Origin: a virus | Taxonomy: Duplodnaviria; Caudoviricetes | Strand: one strand, 5' to 3' | Virus record (IMG/VR): IMGVR_UViG_3300007734_000725 | Location: 1 to 53,221 of that record | Length of the DNA stretch: 53,221 nt | In this document: piece after piece, positions 7,441 to 16,170 of the stretch | Layout of the letters: every line of letters starts with the position of its first letter | How positions within the stretch are numbered: the stretch's first letter is position 1 | Program-made: the position numbers and the translations under genes | The notes under the pieces: model-generated | What the model was told of the DNA's origin: nothing | The model's input: only the letters and a program-made list of their open reading frames with translations | Databases searched by the model: none

Positions 7441-9746
7441 CACGCCCTGAAGTACTGGCGCTCAGCCTAGACAACATACCCCAAGACCTGCAAGCACTAG
7501 ACCGCTGGGTCCTGTGGAAGAACGTGCAGCGCAGCAAGCCCAACGGCGAGAAGGTCTGGGCCAAGATGCCGCTCTCTGCTAAGGGCGGTGCGGGCAGCTC
7601 GGCAGATGCGACTACGTGGGTCTCGTTTGGTGCGGCCGTTGACGAATACCTGCTTGGCGATTACGACGGTATCGGCATCGTGCTTGGCGGCACCCTGCAC
7701 GGCATCGACTTAGACGACTGCCGAGACCCGGTCACGGGGGTGTTGTCGGATTTGGCACAAGAAACTCTTGACAGGGTCGAGGGTTACGCCGAAGTGTCGC
7801 CGTCCGGCACTGGCCTGAAAATCTTCACACAGACAAACCTCGACGGCAGTCGCACGAAAAAAGAGGCCGGCGTTGAGCTGTACAAAGACGGCCGGTATTT
7901 CACAGTGACTGGCCATGCAATCAACGGACACGCGTCTCTGCCGGTGCTGCCGCAAGACCTAGGCTGGATGATTGCAAAGGTGTGGGACGAACAGATGGGC
8001 GAGGCAGGCAGCGAGGACGCATTCGCCAACCTGAAGTCTACGCTCGATGGGTGGGAGCTTGACCGCGTGGTCGACGAAGTGCTCGTACACCTTGACCCTG
8101 ACGTGGGCTACGGCGAGTGGCTTAAGGTCGGTGCTGCACTGCACCATCAGAGCGGCGGCGATCCGGAGTGGCTCGACGCATGGGACAACTGGTCGGCTGG
8201 CTCTGGCAAGTGGATCGACGGCTACTGCGCCGAGAAGTGGGAGAGCTTTAGTACGGGGCGCGCGACTGGACGTGGCGCCGTGACGCTGGCGTCTCTGCTG
8301 CACATGACCAAAGACAAGCGCGATGTGGCCAAGCTGGACAAGCGCGATGTGGCCATGGCTGCGGTGATGGACATGGTCGAGAAGTGCACAGAAATAAGGG
8401 ACTTGCAAGAGAAGATCGCTGCTGGCATTGCACACACTGCAGAAGTGTCGGACGTGGAGCGCGAACAGATCGCTGTTGCAATCCAGTTAAAGGCCAAGGA
8501 CCTAGGCACGAAGCTGCCTTTGTCGACTGTACGGGGGTGGGTTCGGGCGCGCGTGAAGGTGACCGGCGGCTTCGTTAACCTGAACGACGACGGCTACCCA
8601 CTGTGCACACTGGACAACTTCTACGTGCTCATGGACAAGCTGGGTTATGGGGTCCGATACAACGTGATCAAGAAAGCAATTGAGCTGCTCATACCGGGGA
8701 GCGCATTCACACGTGACAACAGGGACAACGCGGCCATATCGCACGTCCTGTCTGAGTGCGAGAAGGTCCGCATGTCGACCAAGCACGTCTCTCAATTTCT
8801 GATCACTCTTGCAGACAAGAACCAATACAACCCAGTGGCCACGTGGATCGATAGCTTGGGGTGGGACGGAGTGTCGCGGCTTGAAGACTTCTATGCCACT
8901 GTACGGGGGCCAGCCAGCGGGGCGCAGATAAAGAAAAGCCGCATGCGCAAGTGGCTCATCCAAGCGGTGGCTGCAGCGTTTAGCCCTGATGGCATTGCAG
9001 GGCAGGGCATCTTGACTTTCGTTGGACCGCAGAACATTGGCAAGACAACTTGGTTCCAGAGGCTGGCGCCGGCCTCACTTGACGCGATCCTGACAGGCCA
9101 CACTTTGGACATGCGATCGAAGGACTCGATCTTTATCGCCCTGTCCTACTGGATTGTGGAGCTGGGTGAGCTTGACGCGACGTTCTCAAAGTCTGAGATC
9201 AGCGCGCTGAAGTCATTCACGACACAGGCCATGGACAAGCTGCGCCGGCCATACGCTGCAACCGAATCGAACTTTGGGCGCCGCACCGTGTTTGGTGGAA
9301 CGGTCAACGAATCCCAGTATTTAAACGACCCGACTGGCAATCGCAGGTTCTGGTCGATCGAGGTGGACGGGTTTGATTTGGACAGTGGGATCGACATGCA
9401 GCAGCTTTGGGCTGAGATCAAAACGCTGTGGGAAAAGGGTGAGAGCTGGGTCTTGAACATGCGGGAGATGGGCGAGTTGAACATCCATAACGAAGAATTT
9501 ACGGTGGTCGATCCGATCGAGGAGCGCTTGGCGGCCGCCTTTAACTGGTCGGAATTTGGGCTTGGAAACGATTTGTGGGTGACGGCAACCGATGCGCTGA
9601 TGAAGATTGGTGTGCGAGATCCGTCAAAAGGGCAGACGATTACGGCCGGCAGGGCATTGAAAAAGTTGAACGGAGGTCAGCGCAAAAAGACAAATGGCCG
9701 TGTGGTTTTCTTGGTTCCTGCCGATGAACCAGAATTTACAGGGTAA
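7437..9746 (+). CDS. primase-polymerase (AEP) / PriCT-2 / VirE(VapE)-like SF3 helicase
   Basis: GIDLDDC and EVSPSGTGLK (AEP); YGEWLKVGAALH...WDNWS (PriCT-2); Walker A GPQNIGKTT, WIVELGEL, LNDPTGNRRFW (VirE-like). Confidence 0.9.
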   Translation: MTRPEVLALSLDNIPQDLQALDRWVLWKNVQRSKPNGEKVWAKMPLSAKGGAGSSADATTWVSFGAAVDEYLLGDYDGIGIVLGGTLHGIDLDDCRDPVTGVLSDLAQETLDRVEGYAEVSPSGTGLKIFTQTNLDGSRTKKEAGVELYKDGRYFTVTGHAINGHASLPVLPQDLGWMIAKVWDEQMGEAGSEDAFANLKSTLDGWELDRVVDEVLVHLDPDVGYGEWLKVGAALHHQSGGDPEWLDAWDNWSAGSGKWIDGYCAEKWESFSTGRATGRGAVTLASLLHMTKDKRDVAKLDKRDVAMAAVMDMVEKCTEIRDLQEKIAAGIAHTAEVSDVEREQIAVAIQLKAKDLGTKLPLSTVRGWVRARVKVTGGFVNLNDDGYPLCTLDNFYVLMDKLGYGVRYNVIKKAIELLIPGSAFTRDNRDNAAISHVLSECEKVRMSTKHVSQFLITLADKNQYNPVATWIDSLGWDGVSRLEDFYATVRGPASGAQIKKSRMRKWLIQAVAAAFSPDGIAGQGILTFVGPQNIGKTTWFQRLAPASLDAILTGHTLDMRSKDSIFIALSYWIVELGELDATFSKSEISALKSFTTQAMDKLRRPYAATESNFGRRTVFGGTVNESQYLNDPTGNRRFWSIEVDGFDLDSGIDMQQLWAEIKTLWEKGESWVLNMREMGELNIHNEEFTVVDPIEERLAAAFNWSEFGLGNDLWVTATDALMKIGVRDPSKGQTITAGRALKKLNGGQRKKTNGRVVFLVPADEPEFTG

Positions 9747-9956
9747 TAGGGGCCTATTACCCTGCCTATTACCCTGCCCTATTACCCTGACTTAAGTCTT
9801 TGAAATCATTAAAGAATATAGTAGTTAGGGTAATAAGGGTAATAGAAAAAGATATACATATTTTAGGAAGATGATACTTGACAGTTGTGGCAAATGTTAG
9901 TGTTTGCCAGAGGTATATATAGGGAATCCATTGCCCTTTAATGCCCTATTACCCTG
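9739..9956. repeat. iteron-like array (TATTACCCT x7, both orientations) around an AT-rich spacer; candidate replication origin
   Basis: CCTATTACCCTG at 9753, 9765, 9778, 9945; reverse copies at 9739-9750, 9827-9835, 9836-9845. Confidence 0.75.
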
Positions 9957-9970
9957 CACTGGAAAAAGAG

Positions 9971-10237
9971 ATGTTGGAAAAGAAAATCGAGGAGAGGCTT
10001 AGGAAAAAAGCAAAGGAGGCTGGTGGGCTGGCGGCCAAGTGGGTGTCGCCGTCCATGAGCGGGGTGCCGGACCGGATTGTTTTTCTGCCGGGGGGCAAGA
10101 TTATTTTTGTGGAACTAAAGCGGCCGGGCGAAAAGCCAACGCCGCTTCAGGACCGGATCATTGAAATGCTGAGGGGGCTGGGCGCCGATGTGCGCGTGGT
10201 CGACTCGATGGAGAAGGTAGATGAAATTTTCCGCTAG
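9971..10237 (+). CDS. VRR-NUC domain nuclease
   Basis: LEKKIE...GG...KWVSP..SGVPDR...FVELK.PG.KPTPLQ. Confidence 0.9.
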   Translation: MLEKKIEERLRKKAKEAGGLAAKWVSPSMSGVPDRIVFLPGGKIIFVELKRPGEKPTPLQDRIIEMLRGLGADVRVVDSMEKVDEIFR

Positions 10238-11534
10238 ACCGGCGCAAGCCGTGACGATTCAGAGAATGCTGGATGAGACTTACCAGTTGATTGCGCTTCG
10301 CATGGGGGCTGGAAAGACGGTGGCGACCTTGACCGCTGTCCAGAGGCTGGGTTTGAAGACCCTTGTGGTGGCGCCTAAAAGGGTCGCAGAGCTCGTGTGG
10401 CACACGGAAGCGAGTAAGTGGGACCACCTATCAGGCCTACGTGTATCGAAGGTCCTAGGCCCCATTGCGGCCCGGCTAGAGGCATTGATGGCTGACGCGG
10501 ACGTCTACGTGATCAACCGGGAGAACTTTCGGTGGTTGGTCGATCTGGTCAAAGAGAGCAAACAGCCTTGGCCCTTTGAGTGCGTGGTGATCGATGAGAA
10601 CAGAGGGTTTAAGGACCGGGCCAGCAAAGCGTGGCAGGCGCTGAAATCGGTTCGCAGCCAAATCCAAAAGCTGTACATCCTTACAGGTACGCCAGATCCC
10701 AACGGCGATCTGTTGGATCTGTGGGCCCAGATCAGCGTCATGGACAACGGCAAGAGACTGGGCACCGGCATCACCAAGTACCGGGACAAGTGGTACGTGC
10801 CAGACAAACGCAATGGCCAGACGATCTACAGCTGGAGGCTCAAGAAAGGCGCAAGGCAGGAGATCCAAGATGCGGTAAGGGATGTGATGGTCAGCGTGGA
10901 CAGCGGCGTTGAGATGCCAAAGCGGATCGACAACGTGGTCCAAGTGACGTTTGACATGAAGAGGTATCGGGAGATGGAGGCAACCATGGTGAGCGGGGCC
11001 GTGATGGCGGTCAATGCTGCAGTGCTGGCAGGCAAGCTGGGCCAGATGGCCAACGGCGCGGTGTACGACGACAACCGGTTTGTGCACCCGATACATGATG
11101 CCAAGCTGGATGCACTCGAAGAGATCTTGGATCAAGGTGAGCCGGTGCTTTGTTTTACGGCGTACGTGCACGACATGGGCCGGATCAAGTCAAGGTTTCC
11201 AGACGCGGTTCAGTTTGACGGAGAGCCATCCTTAGCCCGCTGGCAGGCCGGAGAGATCAAGTTGATGGTGATGCACCCAGCAAGCGGCGGCCACGGCGTG
11301 GACGGCCTTCAGGTGGGCGGCAATGTGGCTGTTTGGTTTGGCCTGCCTTTTAGCTTGGACCTGTACGAGCAGGCCACCGCAAGGCTTCACAGGCCCGGCC
11401 AAAAGAATGAGGTTGTTGTGCACCACCTTGTGGCGGTGGGCACAATCGACGAGAGAATCATGGCGGTGCTTGCAAGCAAGGGCAACATGCAGCAAGCATT
11501 GATTGACGCAGTCAACGAAGCAAAGGGGAAGTAA
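10221..11534 (+). CDS. SNF2-related helicase
   Basis: MGAGKT, VVIDE, LTGTP, HPASGGHGVD, QATARLHRPGQ. Confidence 0.9.
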   Translation: MKFSARPAQAVTIQRMLDETYQLIALRMGAGKTVATLTAVQRLGLKTLVVAPKRVAELVWHTEASKWDHLSGLRVSKVLGPIAARLEALMADADVYVINRENFRWLVDLVKESKQPWPFECVVIDENRGFKDRASKAWQALKSVRSQIQKLYILTGTPDPNGDLLDLWAQISVMDNGKRLGTGITKYRDKWYVPDKRNGQTIYSWRLKKGARQEIQDAVRDVMVSVDSGVEMPKRIDNVVQVTFDMKRYREMEATMVSGAVMAVNAAVLAGKLGQMANGAVYDDNRFVHPIHDAKLDALEEILDQGEPVLCFTAYVHDMGRIKSRFPDAVQFDGEPSLARWQAGEIKLMVMHPASGGHGVDGLQVGGNVAVWFGLPFSLDLYEQATARLHRPGQKNEVVVHHLVAVGTIDERIMAVLASKGNMQQALIDAVNEAKGK

Positions 11535-11992
11535 TGTTCAAAGAGCGATTAACCAAAGCGCAAGTGTCCAAGAACCTGAGCGAGGTTCCTGTCAATGAGA
11601 TTGGCGACATCGATTTGGTGAGGGCTTGTGGGATGGCCGGCGCAAACAATCCGCTGGGGCTTGCGATCTGGCGGTGGCGGTATGCAGGAGACACACGTGA
11701 AGTGTTCCATATCGCAGAGACCTTGGTTGAGATGGGCAACTCTCCTTTGGTGGTCTACAACGTGATGCACCACCTGTCCAAAGACGTGTGCCCTGTGTGC
11801 CATGGCAGGGGTTACAGCGTGATCAAAGGCGCGCCGGTCCTAAGCGATGAGATTTGTCTGGACTGCAAGGGCGCAGGACGGAAAGAACTAAAAGGCGAAG
11901 CAGAAACGAAATTGGCCGCCGCAATCACCCGCATGGAGCAGGAGATCGCAGCGGCCATCATGAAGAAGCTAGCTAGACAGATTGAGTTCTGA
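11534..11992 (+). CDS. Zn-finger protein, possible lambda-Q-like late antiterminator
   Basis: CPVCHGRG...CLDCKGAG double CxxCxGxG; last gene of the rightward early operon. Confidence 0.5.
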   Translation: MFKERLTKAQVSKNLSEVPVNEIGDIDLVRACGMAGANNPLGLAIWRWRYAGDTREVFHIAETLVEMGNSPLVVYNVMHHLSKDVCPVCHGRGYSVIKGAPVLSDEICLDCKGAGRKELKGEAETKLAAAITRMEQEIAAAIMKKLARQIEF

Positions 11993-12368
11993 TTACTTGG
12001 TTGCAGCAAGGGCAAACGTCCTTGTCTTCACGGCGTTTGATAGCGCGGTGAACTGCGGACTGGTTAACGCCAATAGCTTTGGCTGCGGCGTAGACCGACA
12101 TGCTGTCTTTCTCAACGAGATCAACAGCCATCATGGTCCGTGACTTAGTGGCAGGGTCAAGGTCTTTCTCCTTGGCCCAAACAGCTACCGCAGTCTCGGG
12201 CCATTCATCAGGCCTAGTTGTGTAAGCTGAAGCAGAGATCTGGCCAGCGTTGTCCCAAGCAACAAGGTATTTGGTGAGCGGGTTCTCTGACGTTTCTCGA
12301 AGTTTCTTTTTAAGATTTTCTGACCAGCCGTTGATTTGTAAAAACTCGTCAAGAGTTTGATGTTTCAT
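11973..12368 (-). CDS. HTH DNA-binding protein with C-terminal CPCC
   Basis: AVDLVEKDSMSVYAAAKAIGVNQSAVHRAIKR; AAGGA RBS before the ATG at 12368. Confidence 0.7.
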   Translation of the reverse strand: MKHQTLDEFLQINGWSENLKKKLRETSENPLTKYLVAWDNAGQISASAYTTRPDEWPETAVAVWAKEKDLDPATKSRTMMAVDLVEKDSMSVYAAAKAIGVNQSAVHRAIKRREDKDVCPCCNQVIRTQSV

Positions 12369-12443
12369 TTGGATTTCCTTTGTATGTATTTGGCCCAGCA
12401 AGTAGCACATAGCCACTTGATTCCTGAGATTTCACAGCCGCCT

Positions 12444-12635
12444 TCAGTCAGCCGGTTCTTTTGACATGTTGTGCACTTTCGCCAAGCGGTCATCTTTGTA
12501 TTCTTTCAAAAGTTTTTTAGCCCGGTTCTTAATCCGTTGCCGAGCCCGGGAAGTCTCGGCCGATCCATCGTAGTCAGGCATGGCAAGCAAGGCCTCAAGG
12601 GCCTTGACAAGGTCATCAATCAAAACGGCCTCCAT
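12444..12635 (-). CDS. hypothetical protein
   Basis: 63-aa ORF; start may be the TTG near 12623. Confidence 0.55.
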   Translation of the reverse strand: MEAVLIDDLVKALEALLAMPDYDGSAETSRARQRIKNRAKKLLKEYKDDRLAKVHNMSKEPAD

Positions 12636-12700
12636 ACCATGAGGTCCATGAAAAGGACGACAAGCCCGAGGGCGTAAAGGGTTGCGTATGCGTAGTTCAT
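12620..12700 (-). CDS. small membrane peptide (26 aa)
   Basis: Manual translation MNYAYATLYALGLVVLFMDLMVWRPF*; ATGA coupling. Confidence 0.45.
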   Translation of the reverse strand: MNYAYATLYALGLVVLFMDLMVWRPF

Positions 12701-13050
12701 GGCTTTACCTTTCCCAATAAAAGCTGTTCTTCGTAAGCAAGCGAAACGATCTGATCCATTTTTGCGTCGATGGCAGTTTCAGTTGCAGCAGACACCAAGA
12801 AGTTGTATCCGTAGTTCTGCTTGATCTCCCGGGGCACACCGGGTATGCGAAACACGGTGCTGAATTCACGAGCCCGATTGCACAGGCCGTTGTTGTACAG
12901 GTCGTAATAGCAATTCACGGCCTTGCGAAACTTCTCAAGGTATTTGTTGGTCACCTTGTTGTCAGGCACCTCACCAAAACTTGGCAGCAGTTTTTCAAGC
13001 GCATCTGCCTCGGCCTGATACAGGCCTTTGCTTTCCCAGTACGTACTCAT
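12697..13050 (-). CDS. conserved phage hypothetical protein
   Basis: MSTYWESKGLYQ...YYDLYNNGLCN; AGGAG RBS. Confidence 0.7.
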   Translation of the reverse strand: MSTYWESKGLYQAEADALEKLLPSFGEVPDNKVTNKYLEKFRKAVNCYYDLYNNGLCNRAREFSTVFRIPGVPREIKQNYGYNFLVSAATETAIDAKMDQIVSLAYEEQLLLGKVKP

Positions 13051-13253
13051 GCGAGCTCCTTCTGTTTCAATTTCATTTGGCGATCGCGCAAGGCGTCGAT
13101 CTCCGCCCAAAGCCTGACCGCGTAGTCAGGGTTGATGTCTTCACCCCAGATCTTCAGGGTGTCGTGGCAGTCGAGCAAAGCCCGGCGGCAAGTGTAGAAG
13201 TCGTAGTCCTTTACCTTGTTGGTAAAGACGGCGTAATAGTTGTTGTAGTTCAT
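13047..13253 (-). CDS. hypothetical protein
   Basis: 68-aa ORF coupled on both sides. Confidence 0.65.
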   Translation of the reverse strand: MNYNNYYAVFTNKVKDYDFYTCRRALLDCHDTLKIWGEDINPDYAVRLWAEIDALRDRQMKLKQKELA

Positions 13254-13588
13254 GCAACTTCCTTCTGAGCATAAAACTCAAAAACTCTTTCTTTGATCTC
13301 AGCCCAGCGCGCAACGGCGCGGGCCTGTTGAGCAGCAACGTTCTTGTCGGTGCAGCGAACCTTCTTGCCAATCTCAAGGACCTTGAAGTAATCGGCAAAG
13401 ATGGCAGTCGTCACAATGCCGGGCTGGTTTACAAAACCAATGCTGGCGTAGGTGGCCAAGTCACCAGAAGAATTCTTTGATGTGGTGATCTCAAGCTGAG
13501 CAGTGCGGCCGTTCAAAGGGAAGGTCTCTTTGGTTTCAGCCCTCCAGCTTTTGTTGCCCCAGCGCTCACGGCGAATAAGTGTTTCCAT
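13250..13588 (-). CDS. hypothetical protein
   Basis: ATG at 13588 with GGAG RBS. Confidence 0.7.
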   Translation of the reverse strand: METLIRRERWGNKSWRAETKETFPLNGRTAQLEITTSKNSSGDLATYASIGFVNQPGIVTTAIFADYFKVLEIGKKVRCTDKNVAAQQARAVARWAEIKERVFEFYAQKEVA

Positions 13589-13678
13589 GGTCAATCTCCA
13601 AAAGGTTCTGACATCCGGTCAGATCGGTTGTGCAATCGCACTGCATAGAGCACCCAGCGGGTGCCCTACACGCTACGA

Positions 13679-14635
13679 TCAGGCAGGCATCAAAGCAGCC
13701 AGAGCGCGCTGCTTGAGGTCAGCGCCAGCGCCCCACTGAGAAGCCACAAAGCGGTTCTCGTCAGAGCGAGCACGGACGTGGTGGTCAGCGTACTCTGTGA
13801 ACGCGTTGAGCAAGCCCCAACGTGTACCCATCACGCCGTCCATCTGAGCGCCCATGCCGGCGCCGTTGAACAACGACAGGACTTTCTTGAAGCCAGCAGC
13901 TTCGCGAACTTTCTCGCCGTTGCCAAAGACGTTGGCGGTGATCTCGCCGGCCTCTTCTTCGAGCAACTCGATGTTGGCCAACTTGACAACGTTGTGGCGG
14001 AAGGCGTCCCAAGCAGCAGTGTTCAGGCCCATGAATTCCTTGACGGATTCTGGATCAAACACAGAGCGGTGAGTAACCTTGATTGTTGACTTCTCAGCCA
14101 GCGCCATGGCCAGTGTGTTTTTGCACACAGTGCGCACGGTGGTACGACGTACCTCAGTGGCCAACGATCCGTCAGCGCTTGTGCTGATCAAGATGTAGCC
14201 GCCGATCTTGTCTGCTACCGAAGTAGGAGCAGCTTCGCCGATCTTGGCTGTTGCCCAGAAGCGCTTGCCACCGTAGATGGTTCCTGCTGCAGACAATTCC
14301 AAGCCACCAGCGCGGGCAATGTCGCGGAAGAATTCCACAACATCACCGGGCTGAACAACTTGGTAGCGATTGGACACAACACCGAGCGGCGCCTTTGTGT
14401 CAGAGCGGAACAGAACGTGTTGTTCTGGCAACTCTAACTGTGAGCCGTCGAAGTCAGTGTTGTAGCGAACGATACCGCGCTTGATCTTCCAGTCCATGCC
14501 AGCGGCTACGCGCCAAGCATCGAGGCTAGTGCCATCTTCGAGTGCTTGACCCAAACCGTGCCATGGTGTTCCGTCCGAAGCGAGGTATGCAAATTCGACG
14601 CGGCCATCAGCGTGAGTGGTGAGTTCGTGAGACAT
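13679..14635 (-). CDS. DUF932 / TIGR03299 phage-plasmid-like protein
   Basis: PWHGLG, AGMDW, LGVVSNRYQVVQP, AGTIYGGKRFW, STSADGS, VRTVCKNTL, TRWGLLNAFTEYADH. Confidence 0.9.
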   Translation of the reverse strand: MSHELTTHADGRVEFAYLASDGTPWHGLGQALEDGTSLDAWRVAAGMDWKIKRGIVRYNTDFDGSQLELPEQHVLFRSDTKAPLGVVSNRYQVVQPGDVVEFFRDIARAGGLELSAAGTIYGGKRFWATAKIGEAAPTSVADKIGGYILISTSADGSLATEVRRTTVRTVCKNTLAMALAEKSTIKVTHRSVFDPESVKEFMGLNTAAWDAFRHNVVKLANIELLEEEAGEITANVFGNGEKVREAAGFKKVLSLFNGAGMGAQMDGVMGTRWGLLNAFTEYADHHVRARSDENRFVASQWGAGADLKQRALAALMPA

Positions 14636-14726
14636 GATTAAATTTCCTTTAGGTTGGTTTAGATACTGGCGTTAGCCAGAGTGCGGATCGCACTGCACAG
14701 GGCACGTCATGCCCTGCACGCTGTGA

Positions 14727-14939
14727 TCAGCCACGCATCTCGCGGAATATCAAAGCCTTGGCCTTGTTGAGGTATTGCCGGGCAGACTCAACGTCGCCAA
14801 AGGCCATCATCTCTTGAGCGTCAGACATCAAACCAGCGACCACCATCAAAGGGCCAGCGGTTTTGTAAGTGATCGAATCTTCAACGCTGTCGATGAAGTC
14901 GTCGATCATGCAGCCGTACATTCTTATTTCGTTGTTCAT
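14727..14939 (-). CDS. hypothetical protein
   Basis: MNNEIRMYGC...MSDAQEMM...ARQYLNKAK; AAGGA RBS. Confidence 0.7.
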   Translation of the reverse strand: MNNEIRMYGCMIDDFIDSVEDSITYKTAGPLMVVAGLMSDAQEMMAFGDVESARQYLNKAKALIFREMRG

Positions 14940-14940
14940 T

Positions 14941-15129
14941 TCAATTCCTTTCAAGGCAAGCAGTGTAGGTAGCGGGGCCGTTGGTGAAGCCGCAGTTGTC
15001 GTTGTATTCACGACGAACGATTTTGATCGCGTTGCTGCGGCTGGTAGCACTGACAGGCGTCGTGTAGGGGTTGCAATTCCAAGATATAAACTTGGGCATC
15101 ACAGTCACAAGGTAGGTGCGAAAGATCAT
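14941..15129 (-). CDS. hypothetical protein
   Basis: 62-aa ORF, GGAGG RBS, coupled. Confidence 0.55.
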   Translation of the reverse strand: MIFRTYLVTVMPKFISWNCNPYTTPVSATSRSNAIKIVRREYNDNCGFTNGPATYTACLERN

Positions 15130-15308
15130 ATCGCCTCCACTCTTGTGTAACCTTCTTCTTCCAGAATGCGACGGAAGGTCATAGCCAAACCACTTTCGAT
15201 TTTGAAAGTCTCGAAAGCACCAGTCACAGGGCTTACAGCCCGGAGCTCTTTTGGATAGTACGGAAAGCTCATTGAACCGTAGGTTTCATAAAACTCAGCG
15301 CGTGTCAT
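15126..15308 (-). CDS. hypothetical protein
   Basis: MTRAEFYETYGS...; GGAGG RBS. Confidence 0.6.
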   Translation of the reverse strand: MTRAEFYETYGSMSFPYYPKELRAVSPVTGAFETFKIESGLAMTFRRILEEEGYTRVEAI

Positions 15309-15309
15309 T

Positions 15310-15480
15310 TCAAACCTCCTCAGTAAAAGACAATGCGGTTTCGATCGCCTCTGCGCGATCTGTGGTGAAGTAGTCCGCCTCTGCAAGGTAGACGCCTTCG
15401 CGATAAAACTTCACAACGAATTCTTCGTATTCGAATTCGTAGAACACGGTGGCCGAAGGGGCCCTAAAAACAACTCTCAT
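15310..15480 (-). CDS. hypothetical protein
   Basis: MRVVFRAP...EYEEFVVKFY...ADYFTTDRAEAIETA; GAGGAG RBS. Confidence 0.65.
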   Translation of the reverse strand: MRVVFRAPSATVFYEFEYEEFVVKFYREGVYLAEADYFTTDRAEAIETALSFTEEV

Positions 15481-15490
15481 GATGCACTCC

Positions 15491-15685
15491 TCAATCAAAC
15501 TCGCACCCCACTTCGATGGGTGCGTTGTTAAGCGCTTCGGCGTAAAGCCGGGCGTCGTATTCAGCGTCAGGTCCGTAAAAACTTTCAATGATGGGCGAAA
15601 TATTCGAACCAGCAATTGATTTGTAAACGAACCAGCAAGGCAGGCGATCGTCGTCGCCCGGGCAGTCATCGACTTTGTATTCCAT
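15491..15685 (-). CDS. hypothetical protein
   Basis: MEYKVDDCPGDD...; fills the operon. Confidence 0.55.
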   Translation of the reverse strand: MEYKVDDCPGDDDRLPCWFVYKSIAGSNISPIIESFYGPDAEYDARLYAEALNNAPIEVGCEFD

Positions 15686-15696
15686 GACTGCCACCC

Positions 15697-15984
15697 TTAT
15701 GCTTTGCGAGCAGTGACTTTGACACTGATCACTTTGCTGACTCTTTCGACTTGGCTGACCAAGTCACCTAGCAGCTCTTCGACCTTGCGTGGGTCGTAGC
15801 TGGTGCGGTCCTGCTTAACCACAACAGCGCTGAACACCTCGCCGTCGTAGCTATCCAAACCACCTTCTTTCAAACGCAATTTGATTGCGTCAGCTTCCTT
15901 GGTCAAGCGGCTGATGTCAGCCAGCAAGATACCCAAGGTATCGATGTCGTCGGCGGTAATCGCCTGAATGATTGCTTTTGCCAT
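15697..15984 (-). CDS. hypothetical phage protein
   Basis: MAKAIIQ...IDTLGILLADISRLTKEADAIK; GGAG RBS. Confidence 0.7.
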   Translation of the reverse strand: MAKAIIQAITADDIDTLGILLADISRLTKEADAIKLRLKEGGLDSYDGEVFSAVVVKQDRTSYDPRKVEELLGDLVSQVERVSKVISVKVTARKA

Positions 15985-16072
15985 GATGATCTCCAAAGGC
16001 ACACCAGCATCCGGCTGGATCGGAGTGTTAATCACACTGCACTACACCCTGTCACGGTGCAGCACGCTGGGA

Positions 16073-16168
16073 TTAAGAGTTGAGCCACTCTTCAAAAGAT
16101 TTGATGGGCAAGCCGAGCGACTTGGCACAGGCCACATAGATTTGATAACGCGATTGCAAAGTTTCCAT
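16073..16168 (-). CDS. small hypothetical protein (31 aa)
   Basis: Manual translation METLQSRYQIYVACAKSLGLPIKSFEEWLNS*; GGAG RBS. Confidence 0.6.
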   Translation of the reverse strand: METLQSRYQIYVACAKSLGLPIKSFEEWLNS

Positions 16169-16170
16169 AA

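Noticed and set aside
9739-9956. CRISPR array
   Set aside because: Repeats are 9-12 nt, in mixed orientation, without regular unique spacers; the DUF2800 Cas4-like gene is a standard replication-module nuclease
10476-11171. Long antisense ORFs (also 28346-28990, 22345-22941, 52396-53082 and others)
   Set aside because: Shadows of well-supported genes on the opposite strand, with no RBS or recognisable motifs
13635-16075. Integron attC sites or intrinsic terminators for the intergenic hairpins
   Set aside because: No RYYYAAC/GTTRRRY boxes, no integrase and no U-tracts
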